This document shows positions 10,030 through 20,001 of a stretch of DNA of 64,000 nucleotides, piece by piece. A model generated the notes under the pieces. That model was not told the origin of the DNA. It was given only the letters and a program-made list of their open reading frames with translations, and searched no databases. The first letter of the stretch is position 1; every line of letters begins with the position of its first letter. Where the stretch lies: assembly GCA_902475785.1 (NCBI GenBank), contig CABSAN010000006.1:2927-66926 (forward strand), read 5' to 3'. The DNA comes from an uncultured Collinsella sp. Its GTDB lineage: Bacteria > Actinomycetota > Coriobacteriia > Coriobacteriales > Coriobacteriaceae. The translations under genes were made by a program, and so were the position numbers.

Positions 10030-11055
10030 ATGTATATGAGTAACGTTCGCGTTTGTGTAGACGTTGTGGGTGGAGACGAGAAACCTCAGGTTATTCTCGA
10101 TGGTATCGAGGCGGCGCTTGCTGCGGATCCCGATATCGAGGTCTTGGCCGTCGGCCCCGCAGAGATCGTGAACCCCTTTGCCGCGGCTCACGCTCGCGTT
10201 GAGGCCTTGGAGGCACCCGATGTCATCGCCATGGATGACGATCCCATTCGAGCCGTGATGACCAAGCGCAAGTCCTCGATCGTGCTTGCCTGTCGCGCCA
10301 TTAAGAAGGGCAACGCGGATGCGTTCTTCTCTGCCGGTTCCACCGGCGCCATGACCGCTGCCGCTACCGCCTACGTGACGCCGTTTAGGTATCAGGCCGA
10401 GGGCAAGAAGCAACCGGTACGTCCGTGCCTCACTAACGCACTGCCCAACCGCGCCGGCGGCCTGACGGTCCTGTGCGACATGGGTGCCAACCCCGATGTC
10501 GAGGTCGACGACATGGTGCGTTTTGCCCAGATGGGTAGCGCCTATGCGCGCGTCGTCCTGGGCATTGAGCATCCCCGCGTCGGTCTGCTCGGCAACGGCA
10601 CCGAGGATGAGAAGGGCTCCAACTTTACCAAGGCGTGCTTCCCTGCCATGAAGGCCGCCGTTCCCGGCTTTGTGGGCAACTGCGAGGGCACCGACCTGAC
10701 CTCGGGTAACTTTGACGTCGTCGTTGCCGATGGCATGTCGGGCAACATCGCGCTCAAGGCAACCGAGGGCGCCGCTAAGTTTTTGCTGCAAGAGCTCAAG
10801 GGTGCCTTTATGGCTTCGCTCGGCACCAAGATTGCCGCGCTGCTCATCAAAAAGCAGATGCGCGAGATTAAGGCAAAGCTCTCGGGCGATGCTAAGGGCG
10901 GCGCCATTCTGCTGGGCCTGCGTGGCGTGGTGCTGATCGGCCACGGTGCCACCTCGGTCGAGGCCGTAAAAAACGGTACGCTCGCCGCGGCGGAGGCCGT
11001 GCGCGCCGGGCTTGTCGAGAACGTCGCCAACTCTATGGACGGCATCGTTTTGTAG
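10030..11055 (+). CDS. plsX: Phosphate acyltransferase PlsX
   Basis: VDVVGGD, SAGSTGA, DMGAN, VVVADGMSGNIALK and GGAILLGLRGVVLIGHG motifs; follows rpmF. Confidence 0.95.
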   Translation: MYMSNVRVCVDVVGGDEKPQVILDGIEAALAADPDIEVLAVGPAEIVNPFAAAHARVEALEAPDVIAMDDDPIRAVMTKRKSSIVLACRAIKKGNADAFFSAGSTGAMTAAATAYVTPFRYQAEGKKQPVRPCLTNALPNRAGGLTVLCDMGANPDVEVDDMVRFAQMGSAYARVVLGIEHPRVGLLGNGTEDEKGSNFTKACFPAMKAAVPGFVGNCEGTDLTSGNFDVVVADGMSGNIALKATEGAAKFLLQELKGAFMASLGTKIAALLIKKQMREIKAKLSGDAKGGAILLGLRGVVLIGHGATSVEAVKNGTLAAAEAVRAGLVENVANSMDGIVL

Positions 11056-11179
11056 GAGCGAGTTAGAGCGCTGTTATGTGCCTCGTGGCCTTCGTCGTGG
11101 GGTAGAATCAAAGCCGTGTCTTGGCGCTGCGATTGCGGCGCCAGCGCGTTGTTGTTCACGCAATACGAGAGGAAGCGCT

Positions 11180-11422
11180 ATGGACCGCTCCGAAATCTTC
11201 GATAAGATCGCCGAAGTCGCCGCTGACGTTCTGGGCGTCGATGTCGCCGACATTAGCGACGAGACTACCTTTGACGATCTTGATGCCGATTCGCTCGAGC
11301 GTCTGCAGCTGGTGACGGCCATCGAGGATGAGTTCGACCTCGAGATCGATGACGAGACCCTGCTGTCGCTCAACTCTGTCGCCGACGCTGTCGACGCTAT
11401 TGAAAACGCCAAGGAGGCCTAA
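11180..11422 (+). CDS. acpP: Acyl carrier protein
   Basis: Acidic 80-aa protein with the DLDADSL phosphopantetheine site; GAGGAAG RBS. Confidence 0.92.
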   Translation: MDRSEIFDKIAEVAADVLGVDVADISDETTFDDLDADSLERLQLVTAIEDEFDLEIDDETLLSLNSVADAVDAIENAKEA

Positions 11423-11425
11423 GTC

Positions 11426-12151
11426 TTGGCTTTATCTCAACGACTCGCGCGCGCCCAGGAAATCCTGGGTCACGAGTTCAATAACAAGGTGCTGCTGCGC
11501 GCGGCGCTCACGCACCCCTCTGCCGTGGAAGGTCAGCCCGTCTCGGCGAGCTATGAGCGCCTTGAGTTTTTGGGCGATTCCATTTTGGGCGCCGTGGTTG
11601 CCCGCTCGCTCTTTGAGTCCTATCCGGAGTTTGACGAGGGCAAGCTTACGCGCCTGAAGGTGTCGCTCGTCTCGGGTGCCACGCTGTCCGAGGTCTCCCA
11701 TGAGCTGGGCATCGACGACATTATCATCTTTGGTGCCTCCGAGACCGGCACGGGCGCGCGCGGCCTGCATTCGGCGCTCGAGAACGTCTACGAGTCGCTC
11801 GTGGGCGCGCTGTATCTGGATGCCGGCTGGGACGTTGCGGCGGACTTTATCCACCGTACGCTTAAGCCGCACCTGGCCTCCGAGCGTGCCGAGCATCCTG
11901 CGAACCCCAAGTCGTTTTTGCAGGAGTGCGTGCAGGCAGACGGCCACGAGCCTCCGGCGTACAAGCTCGTTGGCTCTGAGGGCCCGGCACATGCACCGAC
12001 CTTTACCGCCGTGGTGCTCATCGACGGTATCCGCCAGGGCCGCGGCACCGGTTCCTCCAAGAAGGAAGCCGAGGGAGCTGCCGCGCTCGAGGCACTCGAC
12101 CGCATGGGCTACACCACCAACGGCGTGATTCTGAACAAGAAGCCTGTTTAA
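11426..12151 (+). CDS. rnc: Ribonuclease III
   Basis: ERLEFLGDSIL signature plus C-terminal dsRBD (NPKSFLQE...GPAHAPTF...SKKEAE). Confidence 0.96.
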   Translation: MALSQRLARAQEILGHEFNNKVLLRAALTHPSAVEGQPVSASYERLEFLGDSILGAVVARSLFESYPEFDEGKLTRLKVSLVSGATLSEVSHELGIDDIIIFGASETGTGARGLHSALENVYESLVGALYLDAGWDVAADFIHRTLKPHLASERAEHPANPKSFLQECVQADGHEPPAYKLVGSEGPAHAPTFTAVVLIDGIRQGRGTGSSKKEAEGAAALEALDRMGYTTNGVILNKKPV

Positions 12152-12161
12152 GCGAGGAGCC

Positions 12162-15100
12162 GTGTATCTCAAGTCCCTCACGCTCAAAGGGTTCAAGTCG
12201 TTTGCCGACCGCGCCCATATGACGTTTGAGCCGGGCCTAACCGTCATCGTCGGTCCCAACGGCTCGGGAAAATCGAACATCTCCGACTCGATTCTGTGGG
12301 TCCTGGGCGAGCAGAGCGCCAAGCAGCTGCGCGGCCAGGCCATGGAAGACGTCATCTTCTCGGGTTCGTCGGCGCGCAAGCCGGTGGGTGTGGCCGAGGT
12401 CACGCTGGTTCTCGACAATTCGGACCATATGCTGCCCGTCGACTTTGACGAGGTGGCCATCACCCGCCGCATGTATCGCTCGGGCGAGAGTGAGTACCTC
12501 ATCAACTCGAGCCCGTGCCGCCTGATGGACATCCAGGACATCCTGCACGACTCGGGCCTGGGCAAGGATACGCATTCCATCATCAGCCAGGGCAAGCTCG
12601 ACGCCATTTTGCAGAGCCGCCCCGAGGAGCGCCGCGCCCTCATTGAGGAGGCCGCCGGCATCTCCAAGCACAAGCGCCGCAAGGAGCGTGCGCTCAAAAA
12701 GATCAAGTCGATGGACGAGCACCTGACCCGTGCCCGCGATATCAACAAGGAAATCGCCCGTCAACTGCGACCGCTGGAGCGTCAGGTCGATCGCGCGCGC
12801 AAGTACAAAGAGCTGTCCTCGCGCGCGAACGAGCTTACGCAGATGCTGGCAGTCGATGAGCTCCGTTCGCTGCAATCGCAGTGGAACGACCTGGAGAGTC
12901 GCTCTAAGGAGGGCGCCGCCGAGCTGGAGCTCGCGCAGTACCGCTTGGGTGAGAAAGAGCGCGAGCTCGAGAAGCTCCAGGTCATGCTCGAGGAAAAGGG
13001 CCTGTTTGTAGGAGACTTGGGCGAGCAGCGCCGCCATATGCAAGATGTGGTCGGTCGCATTAACTCCGACATGCGTCTGCTCGAGGAAAAGGGCCATAAC
13101 ATGGTGTCGCGCCTGTCCGACATGCGCGGTCAGATCTCGGGCTCCGAGCATCAGCGCCGTCGCGTGGTCGAGGAGCTCGAGGATGCGCGCGCCCAGCTCG
13201 AGGAAGTGACCGGCGCGCATATGCAGGCCCAGGAGGACGTTGACGCCGCTGGTCCTGCCGCCGCCGAGCTTCACGAACGCCGCGTGGCGCTCGATGCGCA
13301 GATTTCGCAGCTTACGCGCGAGCAGCGCGATGTGCAGCGCGTTGCCGATAATGCTGCGCTCGAGCTCGCCAAGGTAAAGGATTCGCTTTCCAATGCCGAG
13401 GTCGAGGACAACATGTATGCCTCGCGCCTGGAGCAGATCGACGAGCAGCTCGAGGAGGTCACGGCATCGCTTGAGAGCCGCCGCAACCGTGCTGAGGAGC
13501 TTGAGAGCGCCCTTGAGGCGGCTCGTCGGGCCCAGAGCGATGCGCGCGAGGCCACCGAGACTGCACGCGCTGCCCTCAAGGACCTGCGTGCCCGCGAGGG
13601 CGAGGCACGCAACAAGCTTTCCGAGGTTCGCTCGGAGCTCGCGAGCCAAAAGAAGCTCGATGCTCGCATGGCCGACAGCTCGCCGCTCGTAAGCCGCCTG
13701 GTTGGCGCGCTGGGCGACGATGTTTCGGGCCGTCTGGGCGATGTGCTCGAGGCACCGCGTGAGCTTGAAGGCCTGGTTGAGCAGCTGCTCGCCGGCGATA
13801 TCGATGCCCTGTTGTTCGATAACGCTGCCGCACTTGAGCGCGCCGGTCGCGCTGCGCTGGACCAGAAGAAGGCCTCGGGCGAGGCGCTGCTGGTGGCGCG
13901 CAGCGTGAGCGGCTCTGCGGCCGCCGAGGGTGCCGCCGGTACCCGTCTTGTTGATCGCTTGTCCGTGCGTGCGGGGTATGGTCCGGTCGTCGAGGCATTG
14001 CTCGGCGGCTATTACGTGGTCGATGACTTGGCCGCCGCGCTGTCCGCGCCGGTCGTTGACGGCGTGACCTATGTGACTCCCGATGGCGCACGTGTTGCCT
14101 GCGGCGGCCTGGTTCGCGTGGGGCTTGATGCCGGCGAGGCTTCGGGTGCTCTGGAGCGTAAGCGTCGTATCCGCGAGCTGGAAGGCCTGGAGCCCGATCT
14201 TGCTGCCGTGTTTGAGCATGTTTCTGATCAGGTCGTCGAGGCCAACGCTGCCGTTGAGGAGGCCCGTGCTGCCGAGGGCGATGCTGCCGGTGAGATCGCC
14301 CGCCTTGAGGGCGAGCGCCGCTCCCTGCTGTCTGAGATTGGCCGCCTGGAGCAGAGTGCCAACAATGCCGAGGTCGAGCGCGTGCGCATTTCCAAGCGCC
14401 GCGAGCAGGCTGCCCAGGCCGTTCGCGCTGCGCGTCCGCGCGTGGACGAGCTCACTCGTTCGCGTGACGAGGCTCGTGCGCAGGCGAGCGACCTGGGCCT
14501 GCAGATTGCCGAGGCCAACGACGAGCTCGATCGCGTGCGCCGTAACGATTCCGAGGCCGCCGGTAAGCTCGCCGACGCTAAGGTGCGCCTGGCTCAGACG
14601 AGCGAGCGTCTTCGTTCTCTGAGGGGCCGCGTGCCCGACCTGGAGCATCGCCTGGAGGGCATCGACCGCCGTATCCGCGGAACACGCCAGGCCTCGCGCT
14701 CGCTTGAGCTGCTGCGCCTTCGCGTCGATCCCATGCACGAGCGCTATTCTGCCCTGTTGGAGCGCGCCTCGGACTGGGCTGCGCGCCTGCGCGATCAGGC
14801 TTCGCTCGAGGAAGCGGACTCGGCTTCGCTTAAGAAGACCATCGAGGACGCCAAGACCGAGGTCGCCCGCGCCAAAGAGAGGGTCGATGCTGCCGCCACG
14901 ACGCAAAATGAGTTCAAGGTGGCGCGCGGCAAGCTCGAGGTGCAGGTCGAGGCTGCCATCAAGGCCATCACCGCTGACGGTACCACGGTGCTCGAGGAAG
15001 CGCTCATGCTGCCGGCGCCCACCGATCGCGACGCCGCCGAGCGCGAGCTTAACCAACTCGTGCGCCAGATCAACAACCTGGGCCCTGTGAACCAGGTTGC

Positions 15101-15698
15101 CATGGAGGAATACGAGCAGCTCAAGCGCCGTGCCGATTACATCGAGGAACAACTCGCCGATTTGGAGAGCGCGCGCAAGGCGCTCACCAAGATCACCGTG
15201 GCGATCGACCGCAAGATGCGCAAGGCGTTCCTGGTGACGTTTGAGAAGGTCGACGCGAATTTCCGCGAGATCTTCGCCATGCTCTTCCCGGGCGGTCAGG
15301 CTCACCTTGAGATGACCGATCCCGAGCATCCGGCCGAGACGGGCATTGAGGTCGTGGCGCAGCCGCGCGGCAAGCGCATCACCAAGATGATGCTCATGTC
15401 GGGTGGCGAGAAGAGCCTGACGGCGCTCGCCCTGCTCTTTGCCGTATACCGTACGCGCACGGTGCCGTTCTATGTGCTGGACGAGGTCGAGGCGGCGCTC
15501 GACGACGCCAACCTGTCCAAGCTCATCGGCGCCCTCGATGTGCTGCGTTCCGATACGCAGCTCTTGGTAATCTCGCATCAGCGCCGTACTATGGAGGATG
15601 CTGACGTCCTCTACGGCGTCTCGATGCAAGCCGACGGCGTCAGTCGCGTCGTCTCGCAAAAACTCGATCGCGAAACCGGAAAGGTCGTGAATGCATAA
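12162..15698 (+). CDS. smc: Chromosome segregation protein SMC
   Basis: LKGFKSFA, GPNGSGKSN, long coiled coils, MSGGEKSL and LDEVEAALD. Confidence 0.97.
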   Translation: MYLKSLTLKGFKSFADRAHMTFEPGLTVIVGPNGSGKSNISDSILWVLGEQSAKQLRGQAMEDVIFSGSSARKPVGVAEVTLVLDNSDHMLPVDFDEVAITRRMYRSGESEYLINSSPCRLMDIQDILHDSGLGKDTHSIISQGKLDAILQSRPEERRALIEEAAGISKHKRRKERALKKIKSMDEHLTRARDINKEIARQLRPLERQVDRARKYKELSSRANELTQMLAVDELRSLQSQWNDLESRSKEGAAELELAQYRLGEKERELEKLQVMLEEKGLFVGDLGEQRRHMQDVVGRINSDMRLLEEKGHNMVSRLSDMRGQISGSEHQRRRVVEELEDARAQLEEVTGAHMQAQEDVDAAGPAAAELHERRVALDAQISQLTREQRDVQRVADNAALELAKVKDSLSNAEVEDNMYASRLEQIDEQLEEVTASLESRRNRAEELESALEAARRAQSDAREATETARAALKDLRAREGEARNKLSEVRSELASQKKLDARMADSSPLVSRLVGALGDDVSGRLGDVLEAPRELEGLVEQLLAGDIDALLFDNAAALERAGRAALDQKKASGEALLVARSVSGSAAAEGAAGTRLVDRLSVRAGYGPVVEALLGGYYVVDDLAAALSAPVVDGVTYVTPDGARVACGGLVRVGLDAGEASGALERKRRIRELEGLEPDLAAVFEHVSDQVVEANAAVEEARAAEGDAAGEIARLEGERRSLLSEIGRLEQSANNAEVERVRISKRREQAAQAVRAARPRVDELTRSRDEARAQASDLGLQIAEANDELDRVRRNDSEAAGKLADAKVRLAQTSERLRSLRGRVPDLEHRLEGIDRRIRGTRQASRSLELLRLRVDPMHERYSALLERASDWAARLRDQASLEEADSASLKKTIEDAKTEVARAKERVDAAATTQNEFKVARGKLEVQVEAAIKAITADGTTVLEEALMLPAPTDRDAAERELNQLVRQINNLGPVNQVAMEEYEQLKRRADYIEEQLADLESARKALTKITVAIDRKMRKAFLVTFEKVDANFREIFAMLFPGGQAHLEMTDPEHPAETGIEVVAQPRGKRITKMMLMSGGEKSLTALALLFAVYRTRTVPFYVLDEVEAALDDANLSKLIGALDVLRSDTQLLVISHQRRTMEDADVLYGVSMQADGVSRVVSQKLDRETGKVVNA

Positions 15699-16615
15699 TG
15701 GGATTTTTTGACGCACTCTCGCGCGGACTTGAGCGTAGCCGCGAGGCCCTCAACGAGGTCTTCTACTTTGGCGGTGAGGTCGACGAGGATTTTTGGGAGG
15801 ACCTTGAGGACACCCTCGTCATGGGCGACATGGGTGCCGAGGTCGCTATTCAGGTCTCCGATGACCTGCGCGACGCCGCTGCCAAGAAGAACCTCAAAAC
15901 CGCCCCGCAGCTTCGCCGCGCCCTGGCCGAGCAGCTCGAGGGCCATTTTGTGCCTGTTGAGCGCGACCCGTTTTCCGATACGCCGAGCTGCGTGCTGTTT
16001 GTCGGCATCAACGGTGCCGGCAAGACCACCACGGTCGGCAAGATTGCGAGCGCTATGGCCGCCCGCGGCAAGAACGTGGTGATCGGTTCGGCCGACACCT
16101 TCCGCGCCGCCGCCATCGAGCAGCTTGATGTGTGGGGCCAGCGTGCCGGCGTACCGGTTATCAAGCGTGACCGCGGCTCCGATCCGGCGAGCGTGTGCTA
16201 TGACGTGCTCGACGAGGCCGATAAGCGCGGCAGCGACCTGGTGCTCATCGATACCGCCGGTCGTCTGCACACGAGCCCCGAGCTCATGCGCGAGCTCGCC
16301 AAGGTGGTCAATGTGACCCGTAAGCGCGCCGCCAATATGGCCGCCGGTCCCATGCCGGTCTCGGTCGTGCTTGTGATCGATGCCGCCACTGGTCAGAACG
16401 GTCTGAACCAGGCGCTCGAGTTTAACGAGGCGCTGGGCCTGGACGGTATTATCATGACTAAGCTCGACGGCACGGCTAAGGGCGGTATCGCCATGGCCGT
16501 GGCCGAGAAACTCAAGCTCCCGATCCTGCGCATCGGCGTGGGCGAGCAGGTCGATGACCTGCAGGAGTTTAACGCCAAAGATTTCTGCCGCGCCCTGGTG
16601 GGCGAGTCCAACTAA
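15698..16615 (+). CDS. ftsY: SRP receptor FtsY
   Basis: GINGAGKTTT, DTFRAAA, DTAGR and TKLDGTAKGG motifs. Confidence 0.96.
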   Translation: MGFFDALSRGLERSREALNEVFYFGGEVDEDFWEDLEDTLVMGDMGAEVAIQVSDDLRDAAAKKNLKTAPQLRRALAEQLEGHFVPVERDPFSDTPSCVLFVGINGAGKTTTVGKIASAMAARGKNVVIGSADTFRAAAIEQLDVWGQRAGVPVIKRDRGSDPASVCYDVLDEADKRGSDLVLIDTAGRLHTSPELMRELAKVVNVTRKRAANMAAGPMPVSVVLVIDAATGQNGLNQALEFNEALGLDGIIMTKLDGTAKGGIAMAVAEKLKLPILRIGVGEQVDDLQEFNAKDFCRALVGESN

Positions 16616-16625
16616 GGAGTGACTA

Positions 16626-18101
16626 GTGTTTGATTCCCTGAGCGATCGCCTCAACGACACATTTGACCGCCTGCGCGGTAAGGGTAAGCTGACCGAGGCC
16701 GATATTACCTCGGCCATGCGTGATATTCGCATGGCGCTACTCGAGGCTGACGTTAACTTTAAGGTCGTCAAGGAGTTCGTTGCCAAGACCAAGGAGCGCT
16801 GCATGACCGCCGAGGTCATGGAGTCGCTGTCGCCGGCGCAAAACGTCGTCAAGATCGTGCTCGACGAGCTCACCGAGATGCTCGGCTCAACCGAGAGCAA
16901 GCTCGTCTTTAGCAACCGCATTCCCAATGTCATCATGCTCGTGGGCCTGCAGGGCTCCGGTAAGACCACGGCGGCCGTAAAGCTGGCCTACCTGCTCAAG
17001 AAGCAGGGCCGCTCGCCGCTGCTCGCCGCGTGCGACGTCTACCGTCCCGCCGCTGCCGATCAGCTGGCCACACTCGGTGGCGAGATCGGCGTACCGGTCT
17101 TCCGCGGCGACGGTGCGCACCCGGTCGACATCGCCAAGGGCGCCATCCAGGAGGCCGTTGACCACCTGCGCGACGTGGTCATCGTCGATACCGCTGGTCG
17201 TCTTCAGATCGACGAGCAGATGATGCAGGAGGCCGTCGACATCAAGAAGGCCGTCAAGCCCGATCAGGTGCTGATGGTCGTCGATGCCATGACCGGCCAG
17301 GATATTGTCAACGTCGTCTCGACCTTCGCCGAGCGCACCGACTTTGACGGCGTGATTATCTCCAAGCTCGACGGTGACGCCCGTGGCGGTGGCGCACTTT
17401 CGGTGCGTCAAGTGACCGGCAAGCCCATCAAGTTTGTGAGCATGGGCGAGAAACCCGATTCGCTTGAGCCGTTCTATCCCGATCGCATGGCCAAGCGCAT
17501 TCTGGGCATGGGCGACGTCGTCGGCATTATCGAGAAGGCCCAGGAGGCGGCTGATGCAGAGCAGCTTGAGGCTGCCGAGCGTATGCTGCGCGAGGGCTTC
17601 ACCATGAACGATATGCTCGACCAGATGAAAGCCGTCAAAAAGATGGGCGGCATGAAGGGTATCCTGGGCATGCTCCCCGGCGGTCAGCGTGCACTCAACC
17701 AGATGGGTGGCAACCTGGACGAGGGTATCTTCGATAAGAACGAGGCCATCATCATGTCGATGACCAAGGAGGAGCGCCTGCGTCCCTCTATCATCAACGG
17801 CCAGCGTCGCGCGCGTATCGCCAAGGGCGCCGGCGTAACCCCCACCGAGGTCAACAGCCTTATGAAGCAGTGGGGCGAGATGAATAAGATGATGGGCCGC
17901 ATGCGCACGATGGCCAATCAGGCACAGGCTGGTGGCAAGAAGGGCAAAAAGGGTAAGAAGGGCAAGAAGATGCGCATGCCCAATATCCCTGGCCTGGACG
18001 CTATGGGTCTGGGCGGCATGGGCGGCCTGGGAACGGGCGGCCCCAAGTCCGATATGGACCTGCTGCGCCAGATGGAAGCGCAGATGCGCAATAAGAAATA
18101 G
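16626..18101 (+). CDS. ffh: Signal recognition particle protein Ffh
   Basis: LLEADVN, GLQGSGKTT, DTAGRL and RILGMGD motifs; Met-rich M domain. Confidence 0.97.
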   Translation: MFDSLSDRLNDTFDRLRGKGKLTEADITSAMRDIRMALLEADVNFKVVKEFVAKTKERCMTAEVMESLSPAQNVVKIVLDELTEMLGSTESKLVFSNRIPNVIMLVGLQGSGKTTAAVKLAYLLKKQGRSPLLAACDVYRPAAADQLATLGGEIGVPVFRGDGAHPVDIAKGAIQEAVDHLRDVVIVDTAGRLQIDEQMMQEAVDIKKAVKPDQVLMVVDAMTGQDIVNVVSTFAERTDFDGVIISKLDGDARGGGALSVRQVTGKPIKFVSMGEKPDSLEPFYPDRMAKRILGMGDVVGIIEKAQEAADAEQLEAAERMLREGFTMNDMLDQMKAVKKMGGMKGILGMLPGGQRALNQMGGNLDEGIFDKNEAIIMSMTKEERLRPSIINGQRRARIAKGAGVTPTEVNSLMKQWGEMNKMMGRMRTMANQAQAGGKKGKKGKKGKKMRMPNIPGLDAMGLGGMGGLGTGGPKSDMDLLRQMEAQMRNKK

Positions 18102-18125
18102 GGCTGTAATTCCAGCTTGATATGG

Positions 18126-18159
18126 CAAAGGCCACTCGGAAGCTACCGGGTGGCCTTTG
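18126..18159. terminator. Bidirectional terminator hairpin between convergent ffh and the DUF134 gene
   Basis: caaaggccactcgg-aagcta-ccgggtggcctttg. Confidence 0.7.
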
Positions 18160-18221
18160 TTGTTGGCTTTGATTGTTTGGCTGCGTGCAGCGTCGTGTCC
18201 CGAGCTCGCGGTGCCGTGCCG

Positions 18222-18986
18222 TTAGTGGCAGCCGCAGCCCTCGTGGCCCTCGTGCTCGCGATGGCCGTGGCAGCTGCAGGACTCGCCATGTTCGTGGGCG
18301 TGGTCGTGGTCATGGCCGTGGCAGCCGCACGTGGCCTCGCCGTTCTGTGCGAGCGTGCCGGCGATAAGGGCCTCGACGCAAGCGTCGCAGCTGCCCTGGG
18401 CGCCTGCGTATACCGTGATGCCGGCTTGGGCAAGCGCGTTGATAGCGCCACCGCCGATGCCGCCGCAGATGAGCGTATCCACACCGCCGTTGGCGAGCAG
18501 GCCCGCCAGGGCGCCGTGGCCGGTGCCGCCGGTGCCCACGACCTGCTCGTTGAGCACCTTGCCGTCCTGAATGTCGTAGATCTTGAACTGCTCGCTGCGG
18601 CCAAAGTGCATAAAGATGTTGCCGTTGTCGTACGTGGTTGCCACCCTCATGGTGTCGACCTCCTTTGCTGGCCATACGGCCGTCGTTGTGGTGATGGGGG
18701 AGTACGCGATATTGCCCCCCTCGATGATGAGCGCTCGTCCGTTGACCAGCGCGTTTGCCACCTTGCGATGCGCGCGGCTGCAGATTGCCGCCACCGTGGC
18801 GCGGGCAATGCCCATCTGCTGTGCGACTGCCTCTTGGTTAAGGCCTTCCAGGTCGCACAGGCGCAACACCTCGAGTTCGTCGATCGTCATGTCGATGGCG
18901 TCTCCGCTGGCTAGGCCATCGGGGGTAAAACCGCGATATTCGGGGATGATCCCGACGCGGCGCAGTTTCTCGCGTCTTCCTGCCAT
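18222..18986 (-). CDS. DUF134 HTH domain fused to a NifB/NifX-like (FeMo-cofactor-binding family) domain with a His/Cys-rich tail
   Basis: DELEVLRLCDLEGLNQEAVAQQMGIARATV (DUF134); IFMHFGRSEQF and LICGGIGGGA (NifB/NifX-like); CGCHGHDHDHAHEHG...CGCH tail. Confidence 0.85.
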   Translation of the reverse strand: MAGRREKLRRVGIIPEYRGFTPDGLASGDAIDMTIDELEVLRLCDLEGLNQEAVAQQMGIARATVAAICSRAHRKVANALVNGRALIIEGGNIAYSPITTTTAVWPAKEVDTMRVATTYDNGNIFMHFGRSEQFKIYDIQDGKVLNEQVVGTGGTGHGALAGLLANGGVDTLICGGIGGGAINALAQAGITVYAGAQGSCDACVEALIAGTLAQNGEATCGCHGHDHDHAHEHGESCSCHGHREHEGHEGCGCH

Positions 18987-18999
18987 ACGTGCTCCTTAT

Positions 19000-19066
19000 C
19001 TGTCATATGTCAACAATAGAATAACGCGTGTGCGCCGCAGAGCAAGGCATTTTTGGCATATGTCAG
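19000..19066 (-). promoter_or_regulatory. Promoter of the DUF134 gene bracketed by two 14-bp palindromes
   Basis: CTGTCATATGTCAA (19000-19013) and TTGGCATATGTCAG (19053-19066); minus-strand TTGCTC-16-TATTCT between them. Confidence 0.6.
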
Positions 19067-19152
19067 AAAATAGGGGCTTATGTTTGGGCTGTGGGGCCGC
19101 GTGCGCCTGGGCTACAATGAAACTCGCTTATAGGCAACTGACAGGAGGGTCA

Positions 19153-20001
19153 ATGAGCAAGGCTGATCAACAGTTTGTAACCATGTGCCGCGATATTCTG
19201 GACCATGGCACCACCACCGAGGGCCAAAAGGTCCGCCCGGTGTGGGAGGATGGCACCCCTGCCTATACCATTAAAAATTTTGGTGTCACGGCCCGCTACG
19301 ACCTGCGCGAGGAGTTTCCGGCGCTTACCTTGCGTCGTACGGCCCTCAAATCTGCCATGGATGAGATCCTGTGGATCTATCAGAAGAAGTCCAATAACGT
19401 GCATGACCTCAACAGCCATATTTGGGATGAGTGGGCCGACGAGACCGGCTCTATCGGCAAGGCCTACGGCTACCAGATTGGCCAGAAGAGCCATTACGCC
19501 GAGGGCGACTTCGATCAGATGGACCGCGTGCTGTACGACCTCAAGCACACGCCGTACAGCCGTCGCATTATGACGAACACCTATGTGTTTAGCGACCTGT
19601 CCGAGATGCACCTGTATCCGTGCGCCTACGGCGTGACGTATAACGTGACGCAGCGCCCGCAGGACGACAAACCGACGCTCAACATGATTCTCAACCAGCG
19701 CAGCCAGGATATTTTGGCCGCGAACAACTGGAATGTGTGCCAGTACGCCATTTTGCTGATGATGGTTGCGCAGTCGGTCGATATGATTCCCGGCGAGCTG
19801 CTGCACGTGATCGCCGATGCCCACATTTACGACCGTCATGTCGATATCGTCCGCGAGCTTATCGAGCGTCCGCAGTTTGCCGCGCCCAAGGTAACGCTCA
19901 ACCCCGATGTGCATGACTTCTACGCGTTTACGACCGATGATCTGATCGTCGAGGGCTATGAGCACGGCCCGCAGGTCAAGAACATTCCCATTGCGGTGTA
20001 G
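19153..20001 (+). CDS. thyA: Thymidylate synthase
   Basis: IWDEWAD, GKAYG, SRRI, LYPC, QRSQD and AHIYDRH motifs; start at the ATG after AGGAGG. Confidence 0.95.
   Translation: MSKADQQFVTMCRDILDHGTTTEGQKVRPVWEDGTPAYTIKNFGVTARYDLREEFPALTLRRTALKSAMDEILWIYQKKSNNVHDLNSHIWDEWADETGSIGKAYGYQIGQKSHYAEGDFDQMDRVLYDLKHTPYSRRIMTNTYVFSDLSEMHLYPCAYGVTYNVTQRPQDDKPTLNMILNQRSQDILAANNWNVCQYAILLMMVAQSVDMIPGELLHVIADAHIYDRHVDIVRELIERPQFAAPKVTLNPDVHDFYAFTTDDLIVEGYEHGPQVKNIPIAV

Noticed and set aside
12237..15716. Very long antisense ORFs (for example 1159 aa opposite smc, 874 aa opposite DAK2/recG, 832 aa opposite alaS, 757 aa opposite ileS)
   Set aside because: Shadow frames expected from high-GC codon bias; they mirror well-supported genes and show no recognisable motifs.
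18583..19152. 190-aa N-terminal extension of ThyA in the ORF track
   Set aside because: It overlaps the DUF134 gene on the opposite strand; the real start is the ATG at 19153 after AGGAGG.
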